In this document: positions 36,507-50,305 of the stretch, in pieces | Numbering within the stretch: the first letter of the stretch is position 1 | Layout of the letters: the number at the start of each line of letters is the position of its first letter | NCBI GenBank assembly: GCA_001643675.2 | Contig: LSRY02000003.1 | Coordinates: forward strand, 1,178,001-1,242,000 | Reading direction: 5' to 3' | Origin: Monocercomonoides exilis PA203 | Taxonomy: Eukaryota > Protista > Preaxostyla | Length of the DNA stretch: 64,000 nucleotides | Position numbers and translations under genes: made by a program | Notes under the pieces: generated by a model | Databases searched by the model: none | Seen by the model: only the letters and a program-made list of their open reading frames with translations | What the model was told of the DNA's origin: nothing

Positions 36507-36960
36507 CAGTTTGCGCAAAAAATACCGGACAAGATCGATTTCACAATAACTGCAAGAGGAATAATTCTGACTATTTTCCTATAAATATATCTCGTAAATT
36601 CAAACTCATTTGATACACGAGACTTTCAAAATAGCCTCATTTGTGCTCAGAAAAAATTATCGATTGAAATCTCAGAGAAATAGGATTTTGAATTTTTCCG
36701 AAATATCAAAAATAATTTATTCTGAGCACAAATGAAGCTATTTTCAAAGTCTTGTATATCACGTGAGCTTGTATTGATGAGATGCATTTTGAAGAAAATT
36801 GTCAGAATTATTCCTCTTGCAGTTATTGTGAAATCGATCATGTCCGGTATTTTGTGTGATGTCCGGTATTTTGTGTGATGTCCGGTATTTTGTGTGATGT
36901 CCGGTATTTTGTGTGATGTCCGGTATTTTGTGTGATGTCCGGTATTTTGTGCGATATCTG
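36507..36960. mobile_element. Foldback MITE with Tc1-like CAG termini and ~150-bp imperfect TIRs
   Basis: 36514-36660 is an imperfect reverse complement of 36712-36858 (e.g. GATCGATTTCACAATAACTGCAAGAGGAATAATTCTGAC). Ends are CAG.../...CTG|TA, and the left flank is AA rather than TA. Confidence 0.65.
36840..36953. repeat. 19-bp minisatellite x6 (ATGTCCGGTATTTTGTGTG)
   Basis: Five identical units plus one ending GCG; no spacers. Confidence 0.95.
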
Positions 36961-37185
36961 TATCACTTATGGCTGCAGGGTTTTCCACCAATGGTAATAT
37001 TAAAAAATGACTCTTTAAATTTTGTTATTACTCATATATTATTTTGCATGGAAATGGAAGACTAATTATGATTTGATTGCAGAAAAAGTTTCGAACAAAT
37101 CTCAGCTTTTTTCAAAACTTAAAAATATTCATCCCAAGTATATAATAATTTTTTTGATAGAATTTTTTTATTGAATTCTTAAAAA

Positions 37186-39784
37186 ATGAGCTTCAGAAAA
37201 CACTCATTTGATGAAGACGAAGAATTTGTGAGTATTTTTTCTATTGTAGGAGCTGAAGAATCAAATTGGCTGAATGATTTGGCCGACAAAGCGAGAAATG
37301 AAGAAAACGTTGATCAAATAAAGGAAACTGATTTTGATTATTCAAGCACAAACAATTTGCAAAACATTGAAGGTAAAGTTGTAGTTTTTGTGTTTATTGC
37401 TAACATTTTTATTTAATCTTTGTTTTTAAGATGATAATGATTTTTCAAATAGATTAAAAATTATAAACCAAGCTTTTGATGAAAGGTTTAAACAAATCAA
37501 TGAAACAAAATCTACATTGAATAACATACAAGACTCAACACGTTCTCTGTTTGGTGATTCGACAGCACTTGCACAAACAACATTTTTATTCGATTTAAAA
37601 AACGAGGAATCTTCATTTGTAAGTGAAAGTCAGAGCAGAAATCTGTTTGATAAAATCGATGAAATTCTTGGAATACAATCTCTTAGCGAAAAGATATCTA
37701 AAGAAGCAGAGAACGAAACAAATAAAAAACAAGATTTATATTTGAAAGAGAATAAAAAAAATGAACAAGTTTCACAAATTGAAGACTATATTTTCTCCGA
37801 AGTTACTAGCAATGAACAGTTCAAATCAAACCAGTTACATGACGATTGCGTTCACGGTCAAACGAATGCAGAACTTAACAAGAATTCAAAGCAAATAGGT
37901 AATAATTATTCGAATTTGGAAGATTCTTCTCCATTAAATGATGATTTTGCACTGAAACAAAAAAGTATAGTAATATCAGATGAATTCAAAGGGCACGAAC
38001 AAGATGAAAATACAGATACCTCCAAGACAATTGAAGATAATTTTTCGAATATACATACACCATTAACTGCTTCATATCAGTCTATTCATTCTTTGCTCAT
38101 ACCATCTTCAGATTACTCTTCCTCTTCCTCCTCTTCCTCCTCTTCTTCCTCTTCCTCCTCTTCCTCCTCTTCCTCCTCTTCCTCCTCTTCTTCCTCTTCC
38201 TCCTCTTCTTCCTCTTCCTCCTCTTCCTCCTCTTCCTCCTCTTCCTCCTCTTCCTCCTCTTCTTCCCCTTCATCGTTCGAAGCTGAGATGGAAGCGATGC
38301 GCAAACGGCTGGCGCAACAGCTGGAGGACGAATTTGCTGCTGTTGAAGCAGAGCGCATGGAAAGAGAAAGAAAACAGAAGGAAGAAGAGAAAAAGAGAAG
38401 AAAAGAAATGCTGGCGGCTGATTTTGAGTGCCGGCGCTGGCGACGGGAAGAAAGCGTGATGTGGATTGAGGAGGCGATCATTGCACAGACAAAGAAGAAA
38501 GTTGAAGAATACAAAAGAAATCTGCTGAGCAGACTGAAATGCAGATGGAACAGCGGAAGTGTGGTACTGGAAATGGCAGAGGAGAAAGAAGGAGGAGGAG
38601 AGAAACAGGAGAGAAACAAGGAGAGAAAAGAAGAAAGCAACAGCAAAGACAACGGAACGCTTTCTTCAAGTGCTTCTTCTTTGCATGTAAATTCTTCCTC
38701 GAAGAAGCTTCTGCCCCGTTTGCGTGCTTTCTCTCCGCTGCGAATCAGGCATTACGTTGAATCTAAACAGAACAAGCAAAAAGAGAGCGGCAGTGAGAAT
38801 GTTTCATTGCCTTCTCAAACAGCTCAACCTGTTCTGTCATTAAGGCAAAACGCACTTTCTAGTCAGAGAACACCATCTGCCAGTCTGTTTGCGCAGTCCT
38901 CTCGAAGCAAACAGACTCAGCCGGCTTCTCCTGCGTCTTCGGTTTCATTTGGTGCGAGAAATTCGAAGAATGTAAAGATTTCTTCAGAAAATGCAGAAAT
39001 ATCTGCTTCATCTTCGTTTTTATCATCATCATCATCATCTTCTTCTCCTTCTCCAATTTCATCATCTTCCATTGATTTATCATCTATCCCGACTCTTCCT
39101 CCTCCTGCTTATACATCCTTCGTCGAGGCCTCTCAGCAAATGGCGCAGCGTCTTCTTTCCTTTGCCATCGAAACAGCCGAAAAACAGACAACTTCTGCCC
39201 TCAATTTGACAGCACGAAAGAGCGAAAAGGAGAAAAATGACGAAAAAGAAAAGAAAAAACAAAGTTTATTGAGCGAAAGAAGGAAGTATTTTGCGCAATT
39301 CGATCAAAAACTGACAGAAAGGCTGTTTGAAAAGGATGGCTCTGTCAGAATATCGTTAGAAGACAAAGTTAAGCCTCAGCCATTGAATTCAAACCAACCA
39401 GCTTTAATTGCACAGAATGTGACGAAAACAGACCCGGCTGAGTTTGTGAGGCAGCTGATGCTGCCAAAACTGAAATTGTTGGGAAAGAGGAAGAATGTTT
39501 CTTCTTCTTCTTCTGTTTCTGCTTCTTCTTTTTCTTCTTCCTCACAAAATGATTTCATAAAGTCAGCTTCCAACTCATCATCATCATCATCATCATCATC
39601 CTCTTCTTCTTCTTCTATTTCTCCCTCATTCTCGTCTCTGTCTCAACAAACCAAAAAGCCCTTGACACCAAAGCGTTCTTCATCAAAGCCAGTTTTAAGA
39701 CCGAAATCAGCAGCATCCAACGACAAAGCTAAGAATTTGAATTCCACATCAGGAGAACCTTCTTCTTCACCTTCCATTTCACTA

Positions 39785-39816
<32 letters not shown>

Positions 39817-42800
39817 TTCCTCTTCTTCCTCTTCCTCCTCTTCCACCTCACTTTCGCCTTCTTCACCTCAATTGAACTTTTCCCATACAAATTCCATGAA
39901 AAACACTCTGTTTTATAAGAGGCCTTTTATTTCATTCAATTCAACAGCTTCTTCCACATCAGCATTTGCCATTCGCAATTCACTTCTCACTTCATCTGCT
40001 TCTTTTCTTTCTTCTTCTTCTTCTTCTTTTAATTCTTCACCATCAATTTTGAGTGAATTATACAACGACTTTCTTTTATTGGTGTTTTCATCTGCTTCTT
40101 CTTTTACATCTTCCACATCTTTCAATTCAAAACTCCCCCAAACAAACACCTCAAAGCAACTTTCACCTTATCCTTCATCATCATCTTCTTCTTCCTCCTC
40201 CTCCTCCTCCTCTTCTTCTTCTTCATCTTTCTCTTCCTCTTCCTCCTCCTCCTCCTCCTCCTCTTCTTCTTCTTCTTCTTCTCATCTCCATTCAAACACC
40301 CTTCCTCTCTTCTGCGTCAACAAGAAATCCCAACTCTCTTCTCACATCAGCATCTTCGATTTTGTTCCTCAGCTTCCTCTTTCCAGCCATTTTCAACAGA
40401 CAAATTCAAAAAATTTCACAGAAATCTCAGAAAATTCAGAAAATAACAGAAATTTCGATGTTTTGCCTTCGTCTTTTCTTTCTGTTCAATTGTCTGCTAA
40501 TTCTTTGACTTCGTTGGAGCCCCTTTTCTTGCCGTCAATTGTGAAATCTGATGATAAGATGAAGGGAAATAACAACAAAGATACAAAAAATACTCAAAAA
40601 ACTTCTTCTTCTTCTTCTTTAATCTTTTCCAATCTTTTTCTTCTTGACGTCTCCAGCAATCAGCTCAAAACTCTTTCTTTGCCTTCTCTTTCTGTTTCCT
40701 CTTCGCAAAACTTATTTCCAAAACTTCAGATTTTGAAATGCCTGTCAAATCAACTGACTTCTTTCAACAACTTCCTTTCATTCAATTCAACTTCTCCTTC
40801 TTCTTCTCCTTCTTACTCTTCTTCATCACAGTTCTCTTCTTCTTCTTCTTCTTCCTTTTCCTCTTTATGTTTTCCGAGTCTTCTTCTGCTTGATGCAAGT
40901 GTAAATAAATTATCCTCCTTTTTCACTTCAAGTTTATCATCATCATCTTCTTCTTCTTCTCTTTCTTCTTCTTCTTCTTCTTCAACCAATCCACCAATAT
41001 TTTCATCTGTGTTCCCCAACCTCCTTTCTCTTTCATTGTATCGCAATTCATTCTCAACCAACACACAAAACGCTTCATCATCATCAAAAACATCATCATC
41101 ATCATCTTCTTCTTCTTCTTCCAAATCATCTTCTTCTTTCTCTTCTTCTTCTTCCCCCTCTTCCAATTCTTCTCTCTTCTCTTCTCTTCCTCGCTCTCTT
41201 CTTTCACTCGACTTTGGCAGAAACAACCTTTCCGGCGGCATTCCTTCTTCTCTTTCGTCTTCTCTCCCCTTTTTGAGGAGCTTAACACTCTACTTCAACA
41301 ACTTCGATGGATGGGACGAAAACACAAGAATTTCTGATTGCAATAAGATGTCATCATCATCATCATCATCATCATCTTTATCTTCTTCTTCTTCTTCCTC
41401 CTCATCGTTATCTTTGTCTTCTACTTCTTCCTCATCAGTTTCTTCTATTTCTTCAATTTTTTCTTCTTCTCCTCTTCCTCCTTATCTTTATTTCTTCTCA
41501 TCAATGCAACAAATCGATCCACTCCGCTACAAACCAACCTCCTTCCAGCTTTTGATGAACTATTTCGAAGAAGAAGCGACTAATCTATTTAAATTGTTTC
41601 AAAATAAAAGTGAAAAAGAAACGAAAACAAATTCTTCTTTTTCTTCCTCCTCTTCCTCTTCTGCCAAATTTCATTCGTTCATTCTTCTTCTTCTTTCTGA
41701 GCTCCGAATCAACAACAACAAACTTCGTAACTTCCCCTCTTTATCATCATCTTCTTCTTTTATCTTTCCCTCTCTTCATTCACTGAATGCATCAGACAAC
41801 CAATTTCGTTCTCTTCCTCCGCTTTCTTCTTTGCCCTCTCTCTCAACACTCAACATGTCATTCACAAATGTCGCTCCTGCTTTGCCTCTTTGCAATGATG
41901 ATGGTGATGATGATTGTAAAAGGAAACATTCTTCTTCTTCTTCTTTCTCTTCTAAAGATATTTCATCATCATCATCTTCTTTCGCTTCCTCTTCCTCCTC
42001 CTCTCATCCCCATCTCCCCTGGTTCTCCACATTCCTTCCCCTCGCTCAGTCCTCTTCTTCTCTTACCAGCCTCACCTTCACTGACACCCCCATTTCTTCT
42101 ATTTCTCCGAACTACGGAATTATTCCGGCAGCTCTTCTATCGAAGCTGAAGGTGTTTGACAACGAAGACGTGCATCAGGAGTTGGTTGTGGCTCCATTTG
42201 AAGAGAGGAAGAATGAAGAAGAAGAAAGAGGAGGAGAAGAAAAGATTGCGAAGGAGATTAGAAGAAGAATAAAGGAAGAAAAGAAGAAGTGGTTGAAAAG
42301 AAGAGGAAATGCAAACAGAAGCAGAACAAATGAACAAAATTCTGATGTGTCATCATTCATTTCGTTTTTGGAACAAGTTTCACATCCATCATATACATTA
42401 TCATCCTCTTCTTCTTCCTCCTCTTCTTCTTCCTCCTCTCTTTCTCTCTTCAACCCCTTCTTCTTCCCTCGCCTTGTTCTCCACTCCTTCCACATTCCCT
42501 CTCCTTCTTCTCCTCTTCCCATCTCCCTCGGCACAAAACTTCTTCTTTCGCTCTCTCGTTCACCTTCTGCTGTGTTGTATGCGAAGGATGTGCTGATTGG
42601 AGGAGAAGGAAGAAGAAGAAATGCAAATCTTGTGGAAGAAGAAGTTTGCGTTCCGTGGCTTTTGAGAAGGATGGAGATGGTTTTGGGGGAAGATGAAGCG
42701 AAGGAAGAAAAAGAAGAAGAAGAAGAAGAAGAAGAAATGGAAGATGAAAACGTCGATATTGTTGAGAAAGAAGAAGGAAGAAGAAGCAATAAAACTGTTG

Positions 42801-45800
42801 TTTTTGATCCTTTATCTCCTTCATCACAGGCGTTTCGTGTGCTTCTTTCTCATCTTTTTGCTTCAACTTCTTCTTCTTCCTCCTCCTCCTCTCCGTCTTC
42901 ATCATCTACTTCTTCATCTTCTTCATCTTCTTCCTCTTTCCATTCAAGATATCCCATTTCCAATGCTCCATTCACTCATATCTTTCCCTTCTGGCTGAGT
43001 TCGATTTTGAACCAAAATTCCGTTTTCTCCTTCGGAATTGAAAGTGCATTTCAACATAAACAACATCCTCTTCATCTTTTGGATTCTTTTTCTCGTTTTT
43101 TCTCAAATGCTTCATTTCAATCTTTATCTTCTTCTGCTTCTTCTTCTCCTTTTTCATCATCTTCATCATCGTCATCATCAACTTCTTCTTCTTCAATCAA
43201 TCCATTTGTTATATCATCTCCTTCTTTCTATTCACTTCCTCCTCTTCCACTTCATCGCCACTTCAAAATTTGCACTTCAAACACATCACAAACACCTCAC
43301 AATCATTCCATTTCAAATTCTTCTTATGAAAAATTGCCTTCTTCCTCTTCCTCTTCTTCCTCTTCCTCTTCTTTATTTTACCGAAAATCCCTTCAAACCA
43401 CTCAACTTCCTCTTTTGTCTCATCAGCTTCGCTTCCTCCTTCTTTCACACGATGTTGACAACCAACATCTTCTTCGCCTTCTTCCTGCTTCTTCTTTTCT
43501 TTCAAACAAAATCATTTCTTCTTCTTCTTCTTCCTCCTCTTCTTCTTCATCCAATCCATCATCTTCTCTAAATTCAACTCTTTCTCAATCATCATCATCT
43601 TCTTCATCTTCCTCCTCCTCCTCCTCCTCCTCCTCTTCTTCTTCTTCTTCTTCTTCTTCTTCTTTCCTTTCCTTACGTCATTCCGCCTTAAACCAAGCCC
43701 GTCTCCTTCGCGAAGAAGCCATCCGACTCAAAATGCAATCTGTTTTGGCTGAACATCAACACAATGCTTTAACTGAAATGTTACAAAGGGCAAAGAAAGA
43801 AACAGAGGAAATGTTTGGGAAGAGAGAAACAAAGGAGAAAATGCAGAAGGCGGAAAGGAAGATGGAGGAAAAAGAAAAAGAAAAAGAAAAAAGAGGGGAA
43901 GAAGAACGCAAAGAAGAGGAAGAGGAAGAGGATGAAGAAGAAATCATTGAAGAAGTTCATGAAGAAGATTCGTCTTATTTCACTTTCTCTCAAACAGACG
44001 ATGGATGTGAGTATGAAACAATTGAATGGCCATTTTCAGCTTCTTCTTCTGCTTCATCATCATCACCATCATATTCTTCTTCCAGTGCTTCTGCATCATC
44101 TTTTGCATTTGCTTCTGTTTCAGCTTCCGCTTCCGCTTCCGCTTCTTCTTCTTCTTCTTCTCCAATCAATTCTTCTTCTTCTTCAGATCCTTCTTCGAAC
44201 AATCACTTTTCTCCTTCAAAGAACAATTTCATCCCTTCTTCTTCGAACTTGCTCTCTTCGAAGTATCTTTCTCCTCTCCAAATCGACAGAAGATGGCTGA
44301 TTGGCACGCTGACTGCACACAAAACAGCAGAAAAGATACAAAACTGGATGCGGAGTGAATGGAGCGGAGAAGGAAAGAGGAGAAGAGAAGAGAAAGAGAA
44401 AGAGAAAGAGAAGGAGAAAAAGATGAAAGAAGAGGAAGCAATAAGAATGGAACAGGAGAGAGAAAGAGAGAAAGAAGAAGGAGAAGGAGAAAGAAGAAGA
44501 GAAAGAAAGAAAGAAGAAAAAACAAGGCAAAAATCAAGCAAACGTTCTGATTTTGGTGTGGATGATAACATTTTGGACGAAGTTGTTGATTTTGATGAGT
44601 TTGACGAATATCTTTTGGAAGAAGATGACAATTCAAAATGGAAGAAACTTGATGAGGAAAGAAAAGAAAGAGAACGAAGATTCAAAGAAGAGGAAGAGGC
44701 TGAGGAAGAGAGGAGAAGAAAAGAGGAAGAAGAAGAAGAGGAAAGAAGAAGAAAAGAAGAAGAAGAAGAAAGAAGAAGAAGAATGGAAGAGATGGAGAGA
44801 GAGCTAAATCCGGCTGATTCTGCTACAAGCGGAATGGAAACGACAAACACAGAAAATGGCGATGAAAACGACACACGACTTCAATGGCTTCTTTCAACAG
44901 TGGAACAGAAAAGAAGGGGAAGAGAGAATACAAGGGAGGGATATGAGAAATTTGGGGAAGAGAGAAGAAGAGGAAAAGATGATGAAAGCGCGTTTGAGAG
45001 GAGGTTGAGTGAGGAAGAGAATGAATATGAAGATAAGAATGAAGAAGTTGTGGAAGAGGACAATGATGATGATGGAGGCGATGGCTTTTCGGCAACAAGA
45101 AAAAGCAGATATGCTCCTGAAAACTTGTTCAGGAAAGAGTGGATCGAAAGAGAAGGATACAACAAAGAAGAGAGAAGAGGAAGAGGGAGAGGGAGAGGAA
45201 GAGAAGAAGAAGAAGAAGCAAACCTGAATGCTCAGTTTGATTCAGTTGGATATGAAGAAGAGGAAGAAGATGATGAAAGACTTTCTGAGACAAATGGTAC
45301 ACGACAAACGCAACAGTCACAAATGCAAAATTCTTCTTCTTCTTCTGCAATCACTCCAGTTGATCCGCTGCAAGTGCTTCTGAAGCAGCGGAAGAGGCAG
45401 ATTACAAAGATGGAGCAGAAACAGGCAGCGGCGATGGAGAAGAAGCGGAGGTTGGATGCCCTACAACCAAAGCCGAAACAAGAAGTGGTGAAGCACATTG
45501 GAGCGATTCTGAAGGCGAAGAGAAAGGGAATTGAAGGAGAAGGAGAAGGAGACGGAGAGGAAGGAAGAGGAAGAGGAATGAGCGAGATGAGGCGATCTAA
45601 TGCAAGTTCGTTGGCTTCTGCATTCACTCAGAAGCAGTCTCAGAGCTCGAAAAGACCGCAAGTGAGAGAAAGTTCTGTCAGACAATCAATTGCGAATTAT
45701 GCAAAGTTGGCAGCACATCGTCCACCTTCTGCATCTCGCTCTAATCAGCACTCAACAATAGTAACACCAACAACAATAACTTCATCATCACCATCTTCTT

Positions 45801-46702
45801 CTTCTTCTTCATATTCCTCTTCTTCATATGGCTCTTCCGCTGCATTGCACTTGCGTCCGCTTTCGCCCTCTCGCAGCGAAAGTGCCAGAGATGAGCTATA
45901 TACACCACCAGCCACTCAAACAGACTTGGGCAGAGCATTCAGAAGAGAATCTCCTCAACAGCACTTTCATTCAGAAAGACACAGTTCTGGTCGCTCCACC
46001 CCGTCTTCTCCTGTTCTTTCTCCTTCTTTGTCATTTTCTCCTTCTTCATCTTCCTCTTCATCTTCCTCTTCATCTTCCTCTTCATCCTCCTCTTCTTCTG
46101 TTTCTTCACATCTTCAGCCAATTTCTATTTCATCCCGTCCTCGTTCTCCTTCCCTCTCCGATGTGAAATACGGATCATCCATCCACAGTGCATCCAATGA
46201 TCGCTATCCAACCTCTTCTGCGTATCCCTCAAATGTGCATCGCACTCCACAGCGCTCAATTGTAGTGACTCCGCCTTCTCCACGCGGAAGCCCTTCACAC
46301 AATCCAATTGCTTCATCATCATCTTCTTCTTCCTCTTCTTCCTCTTCTTCAATATCTTCTTCTCGCGATGTTGCAATTCTATACACCCACATCCCTCCAC
46401 CTTCGCCTCAGAATCTGAACTCAACCGTCGCATCTCGCTCATCTCAGTCATCCATTCGCACCACGTCTTCTTCTTCCACTTCCTCTTTCCCTGCAAGTTT
46501 GCTCTCTTCTCGCCCGCAGTCACCGCCTCTTGTGACGCCAATCTCCATTCTTCAGCCAAAACACCCTGTTTCTGCACAACGAGCCCAGCCAAGAATAGAA
46601 TCAATGCCAAGACAGCCGAAAAAGAATGCACAGAATTCAAGAGCTGCTCTGCTGTCGCAGTTTGACGTGGTGGAAGACCCGAGATTGAAGAAAAAGAAGT
46701 GA
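37186..46702 (+). CDS. Very large leucine-rich-repeat + IQ-motif protein (LRRIQ1-like) inflated by poly-Ser and poly-Glu tracts
   Basis: Exon 37186-37372, GT-AG intron to 37430, then a >3000-codon ORF. LRR units include LLDVSSNQLKTL, LKCLSNQLTSF, LDFGRNNLSG, LRINNNKLRNF and LNASDNQFRSL. IQ-like AEKIQNWMR is followed by DEVVDFDEFD. Confidence 0.7.
38116..38263 (+). repeat. (TCT/TCC)n triplet repeat encoding ~50 Ser
   Basis: Uninterrupted pyrimidine triplet tract in frame in the LRR gene. Confidence 0.9.
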
Positions 46703-46970
46703 AAATTTGTAAAAATTACAAAATTAATGAATTGATAATTTATTTTATTTGTAATATTTGTTATTTTTAATTTTGAAAAATTTGAAAAGACAATCAACAA
46801 AACGAAACATGAAAAGAATTACGAGCGTCTTGTTTGAGTTTTGTGGAGATTTCAAATTATTGCCTTGAATCAACCTTTTGTTTTCAGTCAAGAAAATTTA
46901 CTTTTCTCCACAATTTTTCAAAAGTGAAATGAAAAAAATAATCATTAAAATTCTTGAGTGAATTAAACAT

Positions 46971-48712
46971 TCAAACAAAATATCCTCGAATCCGAGCTAA
47001 AGTAGCATGAAATGTTAATTCAGCGAAATCAGAACAATTATGAAGAAGATGATCTGGCACGATGAATGCAGAGGAATGAAATGACTTATTAATTTGTGAA
47101 ATAAATACCCATCTTATGAACAGTGAAATGATGTCAGAAGAATCAGAAGCTGTTTGATAAAAAAAAAGACTTGTGAACCACTCAAACAATTTTGAATGAT
47201 CATTTCAACGAAGATGCATGCTCGTTCAATTGCTTTCCCACTTCAAGAAGAGAAGACAAAACTTGACTATTTTATAATCAAATGAAATTAAAGAGGAAGA
47301 AGGGGTGATTTCAAAGTTGACATAAACAAGAAGAAAATAGATAGACAAAAAAAGAGTGAAAATCAAAGAAAAATAAATAATATTTTAAAATGAAAAACAT
47401 AAAGATAACAACATATCAAACGCAATAAGACGATTAAAAAATAAAAAAAAAGCATAAAAATTTTTTATCCTCACGAACAGTTAAATGCAGAATGTGAAGA
47501 GTTAAAAAAAAAGATTTTTCATTTATCATACGATTCGTTTGGAATGTATAAAGGATCTTCGGCCTCGCAGGGAGCTGCAATTTGGCGAGATGTTTTTGTT
47601 TGGGTTTCAGATGAATATTCCTTTTAATTCATTGTAAAAATAATAAAAAAAAACATTAATAAAATTCAATTAGAAAATAAATAAATGACAAAACAAATTC
47701 AACACAATAATATATGCACCAAATCATTCACCAAGACAACGTCATTAAAAAAAATACTTTAATCTTTTTGTAAATTTCAAACAAACCTCAAGTTTCTTTG
47801 CACGAATTATCATTTTTTCGTTCAGGGATTCTCTTTTTCTCTTCATTTCTTCTTGCATAAGCGCCAAAATGCATCGATCTGCTCCCGCTTCCGTCGAAAA
47901 TTCAACCAATGCCTGTCCAATGTTTGTTATGCCATCGGCTCCGAATAGAACGCTCGCAATTTCTCCATGCACAAAAAGCATTTCTTCAACAGCTCTTCCT
48001 GAAGTTAATGATGGATAGGATGCTGGTATCCATTCTATCTTTACAATTCTTGTTTTTGCGCTGTCTTTTTTAATCTGCTTGTGAGTTACATTCTGTGAGG
48101 AAGCACTTCTGAGTCCAAGAGAAATCTCCAGAGCATGCTGATGCTCGGCGTTATCTCCTCCAGTTTTAACTAATTCAAGCATTTTTAAGTACTATCCAAA
48201 AAAAGAGAAATAAAAAACAAATAAATTGAATAAAATTAATTATTAATACTTCTTCACGTCTTTTGGCTTCCGAAAACAATTTTTCTCGATAAAGCCTTTC
48301 TCGCTCTTCTTCAGACCGTAAAATCTTTAAATTGCGAAAAAACATCAAGCAAAAGATAAATAATTAAATTAAATTCAGACCGTATTCCTCATTTGTTTTT
48401 TTTTGCTTTCCATTTGTTCCTCAATTTGTTTTCGTTTTTCACGAACTCTGTAAGTCATGTCATATTCAAAACGTTTTTCTTCATTTCCAAGCGTTTGATA
48501 GGCCTCTTGTATCATTTCAAATACTCCCTTTGCATTTGGGTTTTTATCTGGATGATACTGTAACGCTCTTTTATTTTTGAAAAAAATCAAAAAAACAACA
48601 GAAAACAACTCTAAATAATTGCACATTCATACAATTTATAATATTTTTTCCTTATTTCATCAGGTTCTGCATCGATATTTACTCCTAACACTTCATAATA
48701 ATCAATATTCAT
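46971..48712 (-). CDS. DNAJC17: DnaJ + RRM protein, DNAJC17/Cwc23-like (multi-exon; 3' end uncertain)
   Basis: MNIDYYEVLGV...EIRKKYYKL | ALQYHPDKNP...AYQTL...KRFEYD forms a J domain with HPD. Then a coiled coil and an RRM-like VKIEW...HGEI...ALVEF. Confidence 0.75.
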
Positions 48713-49253
48713 ATTTCTTCTCAGTAATTTATTTATGGGAATAACATAGGATTCTCATTATCACAGCACATTTAATTATTATTATCGAAAGAATAAAAAT
48801 CTCAACTCTTCCAAAAGTGTATAAGATAATAAATTTGCTTTCATTTTTAGAAAATTCCATTGAAATGGTAGAATAATGTCAGTTAATTGTGTTTCAAAAT
48901 GGAGATATTACAAATCATACAACAAAACAATTAATAAGATATTTTTTGATAATTTCTCTATATTGTTTAACTTTCATAAAAATAAATCATCTTTCTTTTT
49001 GATTGGTCCACTTTACGAGAATTTGATAAATTAAAAAAATTTTTGATCATCTCTTTTGAAACAAACTTTTTATATTTTATATTCAGTTGTGCAAATGAAA
49101 TAAAACCATGCCATTCAGCAAATGAAAAAATAAACCAACATTTGTTGAGAGATATTTACGATAAATGTATTTAGATCAACATTAGATCACACAAAACGTT
49201 TGCGATCTTCATCATTATGAGTCTTAACAATATCATTATTAACTATTTTAGAC

Positions 49254-49984
49254 ATGGGAAAATCGGATTCCTCAAAACCAAGACCAAAAGTGTCGCTTGA
49301 AAAGTTGAAGGCAATGGCATCTCAAGTTAGAACTGGAGGAAAGGGTTCAATCCGAAGAAAGACAAAAACAATTCATCATGCATCTGAAGATAATGGCAAA
49401 AAAGTCATGTCTTTCATCCAATCCAATCAGTGCCATGAACTTCCGTCAATTGACGAAGTTGACTTTATCAAAAACGACAATGAAACTCTTCAATTCAACA
49501 AGCCAAAAGGTTAGCATTTTTTGAGTATATTAAGAATTAAATTGATTGTGTTTGAATATGTAGTGTTTGCAAATCTTGGCGCAAACCTCACAATTGTTCA
49601 GGGAAAGTATGAGACACAAGGTTCGTATAATTGAGAACTATTCAGAGTTGATTAATTCACAAATATTAATTTATTTTAGCACCACCCACAGCAGCTGCAG
49701 AAGCTGATAAATCAAAAGAAACACAAGAGAAATCAAACAAGAAATCCAAGAAATCAAACAAGAAAGATCAAAGCATTCCAGCTGATGCTGTTGCAAGCTT
49801 TGATGAACCAGAAGCCAAAAAAGAGGAGAAGAAACCTCAACCAGAGAAAAAGGAAGAGAAAAAACAAGAAGTGAAGCCAAAGGCCGAACAGAAAAAGGAA
49901 GAAAAGAAAGCACAACCAAAACCAAAAGCTGAACAAAAGAAGGAAGAGAAGAAAGACAAAAAGAAAGGAGGAAACAAACAGTAG
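49254..49984 (+). CDS. BTF3: Nascent polypeptide-associated complex beta subunit (BTF3/EGD1), 3 exons, Lys/Glu-rich tail
   Basis: LEKLKAMASQVRTGGKGSIRRK, IDEVDFIK...LQFNKPK|VFANLGAN..IVQGK.ET. Introns at ~49510-49563 and 49621-49679; TAG stop. Confidence 0.9.
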
Positions 49985-50305
49985 TTGAAAGACACTGAAA
50001 TTTCTATCTTTCTTTCCATCTCAACAATTCTGACGATACTGGAATCCTTTAATATTATTTATTAACATGCATAAAGACTAATTATAGAACTGTTTTTTTG
50101 ATCACTTCCTCACAAACTTTATGCATGCAATTTATTCTATTTCGCTTCTCATTTTTTCAACCATACAAACAACGAATCAAAAAATGAAATATTGTTTGCT
50201 ATTATGATCAATGAGTTATTGTGAAAATTAAAGAAAGACATTTTCTTATATTGAATAATTAAAAAGATTTTTTTTATTATGTGCTACTGATCTTTAGAAA
50301 TAATT

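Noticed and set aside
36840-36953. CRISPR-like array
   Set aside because: The units are contiguous with no spacers, the context is eukaryotic and no cas genes are present.
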